Assembly: GCA_020137815.1 (NCBI GenBank)
Contig: CM035361.1
Location: forward strand, 5,890,001 to 5,954,000
DNA from: Hormiphora californensis
Taxonomy: Eukaryota; Animalia; Ctenophora
Reading direction: 5' to 3'
Length of the DNA stretch: 64,000 nt
Made by a program: the position numbers and the translations under genes. The stretch's first letter is position 1. Each line of letters begins with the position of its first letter. The notes under the pieces were generated by a model, which ran no database searches, had not been told where the DNA came from, and saw nothing but the letters and a program-made list of their open reading frames with translations. Below, in pieces: positions 57,593 through 64,000 of the stretch.

Positions 57593-60500
57593 ATGATATT
57601 AGGACACATCATTTTCCTAACCCTCCTACTCCTGGAGACATCCCACGGATCGGGGGACCTGCCCCTGGATGCATCCTCTGAGGACCTGCCCCTGGAGGCA
57701 TCCTCTGAAGTGTTTCTATCCCTCGCCAGAAACCCCAAAATGCAAAATAAAAAAACATCAGACACTACGGAGGGAAATGTATTCACCCTCCCGGGGGACA
57801 AAACCCAAAAAAGCCCCCGGGCCCAAACCCCCGTAAACCCGGAGGGGTGATGCGAAAAACCCCTTTTTTTTCTGCAAAAGAAGAAAATGGATCGATCATG
57901 CACGTTACGAGTGGCATGTGTATTGCGCCAAAAACCAAGTACAACACTCCTGATGATGACGTTTTGCAGCTGAGCAGGGATTGTTCCCATAAGTTTCGGT
58001 TCCTGGCTACTGGCGCTATAAAACACGTCAGGAGTGGGAAGTGTTGGCACCCTCTTGGGGGTAGTGCCCACCCGGGGGATTACACTCAGGCTGTGCTGTA
58101 CAGTGGGTGCGGGGCGGCAACTGGAAATGCGGGGCCCGGGTCAACTTTTGGAGGGGGGCTCAAAATAGTAAAAAAAACCCAAAAAGAGCTGTTATTTTAG
58201 GGCCACGGACTGGGTTTTCAGCCAATCAGGGACCAGTATTGGAAATGAACGAGTTTGAGAGATCGAGTGGGGCTTTCGACGAAACTTTTCGGGGTAATCT
58301 TCCTAAAAATAGAGGGGGTCGATTTGAAGTCAATGATCATGGAAATGACCCAAAAGGATTGTCGTTTTATTGGTCTATAAAGTGTTTTCCTTTTAGTGAA
58401 TAAGATTGAAAGATTAAAAATTTTTTTTTGGGTTTCCCAAACTTCTTTTACCCATGCATCCCATCATTCCAAATTTATGCTCCCTGCCCTTACAGCCCCC
58501 TAGGTGTAATTTGGGACAAAAAACAAAGTTGTTTCCCCTATATTTTGGAAAAAACAGTAAAAAACACCGCCGACGGGCCCCGGCGTAAACAGGTTAGTGA
58601 GCAGGCCCTTTCAAAACAAACAGCTGCTTTCAGTTAAATAGAGGGGGGTTCCCTTTGTGTACTGTATATGTTATGTGTTTCCCCTGTTTTCACGTGGCCA
58701 CCCCGGTAAATGTAAAATTTTTTTACGAAGTTATGCTAATAAAAAAATATGCAAAGTCAGCCTTCCTCTCAATAACTGCTTTTATCTTTTTTCTCCTCTT
58801 TTCTCTCTCTCTCTCTCTCTCTCCCCTCTCTCTCTCTCTCTCTTTCCTCTCTCTCTCTCTTTCTCCCTCTTTTTTTCTCTCTCTTTCTTTTTTCTCTTTT
58901 TTCTGCCCCCGGTTTTTATTGATTGGGCAAACAGGTTTCGGTCACAGCCCTTTTTTTCGCCCTTTTTAATGCAAAAAATTTTGCTTTTTACCCCAGATTT
59001 TGAACCACAGTATATTACTTTGCCCTTTTACCGCATTTAAATTTTTCCTCCTAATTAGCTCCAAATTTCAAATATTAAAAACCCCTTTTCCAAAATTTTT
59101 TCCCTTTTATTTTTGAGCGCGTTTGCTGTTTTTACCCCGGTGAAATAAAACCCAAATTTCCCTGGATGTTGAAGTGGGCCTTTTCTCGGGGTTGTTTCTC
59201 CTTTCCATTCGGGGCCCAAATAGAGGGGAGACTGGGAGGGGGGACCAAATAAGTGTAAAAAAATCTTTTACTGGATCGTTCCAGATCAATATACTATAAA
59301 TTTGGTACAAATAAAACTGTTCAAGTTCCCCGTGTGAGTGGTCGAAAACATAGCCCCAAATTTTTTTTGAATTTCCCCGGGGGCCCGGGTGATTAATTTT
59401 TTCCACAGGATTTATGATGATGTATTCTCTCCCCCTAGTGTACTGGTGCGACAGCTGTGAGACAGTGAAACAGTTGCTCCTTCCTACTGAGAGACATGAT
59501 AAAAGTGTGTCTAAAGATTGGGCTACTGACAGAGCAGGACTGTCCTGAGCTGATAACCAGGGAGGTAAGAATAGAAAAAACGATTAGATATCATAAAGTG
59601 TGCAATTAAGTTACTATTAGGGGAATGGAAATGAACGCTCGATCCCCAGGGCAAATTAACACTCCTCAAGGGCAAATAAAAACTTTTCAAATTCCCCCCA
59701 AAATTGCAGTTGATTATTTTTCTCAACAAATTTTTCTCCCGGGCCCAGGGAAACGACTTTAATTCCCCAAGACCCGAGAAAGCGATCACGGCCCGGGAAA
59801 AGCCCCCTATTTAGCGCAGGGCGACCTTCCTGATATCATTACGGAGAAGGTGATTCAGCAGATTCTAACCGAGGCTTATAGACCAGCCATGGCAACTGTT
59901 GCTACGACAACTGAACAGACTCCGGAGGAGGTTGCTACGACAACCAACCAGATTCCTGAGGATGATGATGAGGTTGCAACTGACTTTCCTTATGGTGTTA
60001 CCGAGGCTGACGGAGACTTCCGAAATCCGGTAAGTTACTGTCTGGCATCGTGATGGGTCGTAAGGGGTCAACTCAACAGGTAGGCGGACTCTAGTGCTGA
60101 CGGACTCTATATCTAAATCCAAGGAGGACTTTATATCTAACCCTAACCTTTACACTAACCCCGGCCCTAACCTCGAAGCCAAATAACGGCCCTAACACTT
60201 CTAAACGAGTATATAGGTACAGCAAACTCTCGTTACCGGCCTAACGGCCGAAATCTCGAGTTCGCTTTTCGTGATTTTAGCACTAGAGTCCGCTTACCTA
60301 CTCAACAATTTGCAACCCTTTTATAGTCCAGCCCTTTTCGTGCCCTTCGTTCAGAAGAGCGGCCAGTGAGGAGAGTGGTCGGATATAATACAGATAATAC
60401 TGTGATTTGTGGGGATTGTGTCCTCAGGAGAACTCGACAGGGCAATACAGATAATATCAACGAACTGTCTCTTAACACCATGATTTGATATCACCATTTA

Positions 60501-63500
60501 TTATCTAGGTGGTTGATACATGGGCAGCAGACCCCACCCGGAAGACCTGCTCTATTTTTGGCAGAGGAGACATCTTCGTGTCAACATTCAACATGGAAAC
60601 GTACGCTTTTTCGGTAAGTAACATAACATAGGGGGATGTCATCGGCAATAGGCGATCGTATGTGGCGGCACCAACCCGGTTTTTAGAGGACATGTATAAC
60701 AGTTAGGCTTTTAGTTTTTTTGATATTTTGCGTTTTGAGTGTCTGAATGAAAAATTAAAATCGTCCGAAATCTGCAGCAGCGTCTGACTCACAATTTCAG
60801 GGGGACTGCACGTACGTTCTATCAGTAGACTGCACAGGGAGAAGAAGGGACTGGCTGGTGTATGGAACAATTGGACAATGTCCTCAAGGAAAATGTCTTA
60901 ATGGTCTGACTCTCTTCTACAAGGGTCTTAGTCTTCTCGTTGACAGAGGTAAGACAATTTTTAACAGGCGGTTTCCATGGGAGTGAACTCCTGTCGGGGA
61001 CACTAAAATACACCGGATCAGGAACAATGCAGAAGGGTTTGAAAATCAATCCTTACTAGGTGCAACAGGGTAACTATATTTCCCCTCCTTTAGAACTGGC
61101 GGTGACTGAAAGAAGAATCATACGTTGTTCTTCTTTATCTCACCGCCAGTTCTAAAGGAGGGGAAATATACATTTATGTTTCTAAACCATGTGATCTATA
61201 CCTTACAGCGTGGACGGTGTCTTATCAGGGAAATGTACTGAAACTTCTAGAAGATTATCCGGTATACTTTTATGAGTTCCAGCTAGATTTCGATGGATCA
61301 AACTTACGTGAGTTGTAATATGCTACGATTTTATTTTAAACTTAATTTTAAGTTAATGGGAATTGGGGCGTTTGAACGTATTTAGATCTCATTTGAGACG
61401 TGTCTCAAGACAATGCATTGTCAGATGTCAGATGACGTCGCACCCAAATCAATGACGTCACAACATGTACCCCTCATTACCTAGGTATTTTGATGCCTAA
61501 CGATATGTCAGTCAACTGGAATGGGCTGAATTCAGTTCACATAACAGCCCCAACCGGTGGCGATTCCTGTGGGATGTGTGGCTCTTTCGGTGATCCTGAT
61601 TCCCTCAGGACTAGGGCTAATGAGGTAATTGTTTCTCCTGTAGGATGTCTAATACACACACAAATACAAGTACTGCAGTTACTATAGTTCTGAATTATAG
61701 ACAATATATTTCGTAATCACAGTACTGTTATTTGAGTGTAGATAGGGAATTTGGTTCGCGGAAAGTTGTTTGCCGGTTCCCGGGTTTTAGTTAGCACTTG
61801 AGTTTTAATCTTTAACTGCACTTCATTATGTTCAGGTGGTGGACAGCTATATTGACATAGTGGAAAGCTGGAAGGTAGACAGACTAAAGACTTGCCCTGA
61901 AACGAAGGCACCCACCACAACCAAACAGGAGGTACTGTACATTATGGGGCTCAAGGGAGGAGTTGTAGGGGTAGGGGTACAGTCGGACCCCGGTGCTAAT
62001 AGTATAGAATCCGCGTCCGGCCGTCTAGACGCGTCTTAATCACGATCATACAGCTTCCGATGGTGATTCTTTTCACTTAACTCGATCCCTCACAAAGTAA
62101 TGGACACCTGGAGCTTATAATAAAACGAAACTTGCCTTGCTCGACCCTGTTTCACCGCGCCCCGCACGGGAAACAAATGTCGAGAAGGGTTAAAACATAA
62201 CAATACAAATTCGTATTTCAGATGTGTGGAGATCTGCCCCGTAATTCGGGGAAGCTTTACTGCCAGGCAGTATTTGAGGGAGAGGAGGGGTGTCCTAATA
62301 AGAGATGGTATGAGGAGAGGTGTGTTGATAACTGGTGCAACACAGTATCATCCGCTCCAGCAGATCAGGTAAAATTTGATGTAATAGGTCGAGCAGGTAC
62401 AGTACTATTTGACAGAGTTGGTTTAAATTTGATCCACACAATTTTGAACGCTGGATATGTGAACTTTGGTGTAAGTCTGCCAAAAAGATGGAAAATCCCC
62501 GCTGCAGGAATTCTACACACACATGCATTAGGCTATAAGCATATACTCCATTTTTTTCAACTGTTCACCCCCAAAGTCGTGCGCGGAATTGTTTTGCGCG
62601 TCTATCACATGTTAACGTGTAGCACGCGCCACGAAATTTCTAAATTTCATGAAATTTCAGTTTTTGGGTGAACAGTTGAAAAAAAATGGACTTTACTGAT
62701 CGTGATGATCATAATCAGGTCAGTGTGCGGAGATTTTGATGGTCACCATCAAAGAAGCGCACACACTGATGGTTATCATCATGATGGAGGCTTGATGCAT
62801 CATGATGTTCTCAAACCATAGTGTGTTCACGTTTGATCATCATAAACCATAGTGTGCTCACGTTTGATCATCATAAACCATGCTCAACTTGCTGGAACTT
62901 GCCTTTTGATCATGATCATCATGACCAGTGTGCTCAGCATGATGATGCTATCTCCCCCTTGCCTAGTCGCGCGCTCTGAGAGGCTGTTGCATATCACGTG
63001 ACCTGTACAACAGCCTCTCGCGCGCGCGAAGTCGTACCACGTGGTACATATCACATGACTATAACAGTGCAGCCCTCCATAAGAATAAGATCAGAACGTG
63101 TGCACACTAGGTGTTGATGATCATCATCCAACTTAAGAGACGGCTCCAGGGCCAGCTCTTACGTGATGATCATAATGTTCCGCACACTGCAGTTTTTTGC
63201 AGATGATGATGATCAAAACCATGAGCACACTTCATCTTTTTCACTGATTATGATCATCACGATCAGTATGCTTATAGCCTCACATTTAGTTCTTTTTTGC
63301 ATTGATCCCTGTATTTCAAACTGCAATAATTTCTGCAGGAAACTTCTCTGACCAGTGAAGCTGAATGTGAAGTTTTGGATGTTTTTCTGAGATCTTGTGG
63401 TAAAACTTTGGAGAGGGAAATCTCGAGGTGAGATCAGACGCTATTTTATTAGATATAACAGTTACGACCAGTAAAGTTTACTCCTTCCTGATATCCATTT

Positions 63501-63682
63501 CAAATCCATTATCACTAATTATTAATCACTAAAATTATATCTTTATAGTTACTCCCCCTAATTATTACCCCTAATTATTTTCTCCCTGCTGCAGTTGTCC
63601 TAGTGAGACTGAAATACAGGGTTACACTCTCCTTGAGAAGGTTGCCCCCTGGCACGAAGAGTATGATGGAATGAAGATGTAA
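57593..63682 (+). CDS. Secreted mytilectin-like beta-trefoil lectin / acidic Thr-rich linker / VWD / C8 protein
   Basis: Signal peptide MILGHIIFLTLLLLETSHG. Noisy first exon to ~58140 with IRHYGGKCIHPxGG, IMHVTSGMCIAP and IKHVRSGKCWHPLGG. Exons ~59439-59565 (Cys-rich, frameshifted) and ~59820-60029 (T/E/D-rich). Clean phase-compatible exons 60509-60613 (TCSIFGRGDIFVSTFNMETYAFS), 60801-60948 (GDCTYVL), 61209-61307, 61485-61624 (WNG...CGMCGSF), 61836-61931 (ESWKV), 62222-62368 and 63339-63427 (C8-like), 63595-63682 (stop). The link across 58.1-59.4 kb is inferred. Confidence 0.8.
60078..60300. mobile_element. Small element with inverted ends and (CTAACC)-like repeats (Helentron/HINE-like or MITE)
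   Basis: AGGTAGGCGGACTCTAGTGCT / AGCACTAGAGTCCGCTTACCT; internal CTAACCCTAACC. Confidence 0.6.
61076..61170. repeat. 95-bp hairpin (mini-MITE-like)
   Basis: TATATTTCCCCTCCTTTAGAACTGGCGGTGA pairs perfectly with TCACCGCCAGTTCTAAAGGAGGGGAAATATA. Confidence 0.9.
62547..62690. mobile_element. Short TIR element (MITE)
   Basis: TCCATTTTTTTCAACTGTTCACCC / GGGTGAACAGTTGAAAAAAAATGGA. Confidence 0.75.
62696..63266. mobile_element. TA-flanked foldback element rich in TGATCA
   Basis: TA|CTGATCGTGATGATCATAATCAG...CTGATTATGATCATCACGATCAG|TA, with a central hairpin at 62966-63030. Confidence 0.8.
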
Positions 63683-63913
63683 TGGTCACCATAGCAACCA
63701 TAATGAAGATGTAATGGTCACCATAGCAACCATAATGAAGATGTAATGGTCACCATAGCAACCATAATGAAGATGTAATGGTCACCATAGCAACCATAAT
63801 GAAGATGTAATGGTCACTATAGCAACCATAATGAAGATGTAATGGTCACCATAGCAACCATAATGAAGATGTATTGGTCACCATAGCAACCATAATGAAG
63901 ATGTAATGGTCAC
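63670..63913. repeat. 32-bp minisatellite beginning at the VWD gene stop codon
   Basis: AATGAAGATGTAATGGTCACCATAGCAACCAT about 7.6 times. Confidence 0.95.
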
Positions 63914-64000
63914 TAATATGTATATATGTCCTATTATAGTTTGTGTAAATGTGTGTCCATATGATGTTAGTTTATATTTTGTAAGTTTTGTAAATTTTTA

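Noticed and set aside
60137-60195. CTAACC repeats as telomeric sequence
   Set aside because: Only a few degenerate units, lying inside an inverted-repeat element.
60326-60445. Extra exon in the VWD gene
   Set aside because: No convincing phase-0 GT donor; the flanking exons join in frame without it.

Overview
AT-rich, intron- and repeat-rich animal genomic DNA, not prokaryotic. The recurring 'QPIRTRYLGHVTGYQPIRDQYF' and 'TVGPRF' repeats and the WTAVER domain resemble, from memory and unverified, a Pleurobrachia-like ctenophore genome. Almost all listed ORFs are microsatellite or repeat artefacts. Hand-splicing recovers three + strand genes for probably extracellular proteins. (1) 34.5-36.9 kb: tandem ~140-aa WTAVER-domain exons plus a Sushi/CCP exon. 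(2) 38457-56192: a 14-exon papain/cathepsin L-like protease with three C-terminal ShK domains and a Cys/His tail. (3) 57593-63682: a signal peptide, mytilectin-like beta-trefoil, acidic Thr-rich linker, VWD and C8 domains. An intron-containing tRNA-Tyr lies at 19501-19591 (-). Scattered minus-strand exon-like segments (about 2-30 kb) are rich in RRxS/T motifs, and one lies just downstream of a triple RFX X-box. There are many non-autonomous DNA transposons (hAT-like with 8-bp TSD, Tc1/mariner-like with TA, piggyBac-like with TTAA, PIF/Harbinger-like with TTA, foldbacks) and a decayed RTE-type LINE. Several stretches look like low-accuracy consensus sequence.
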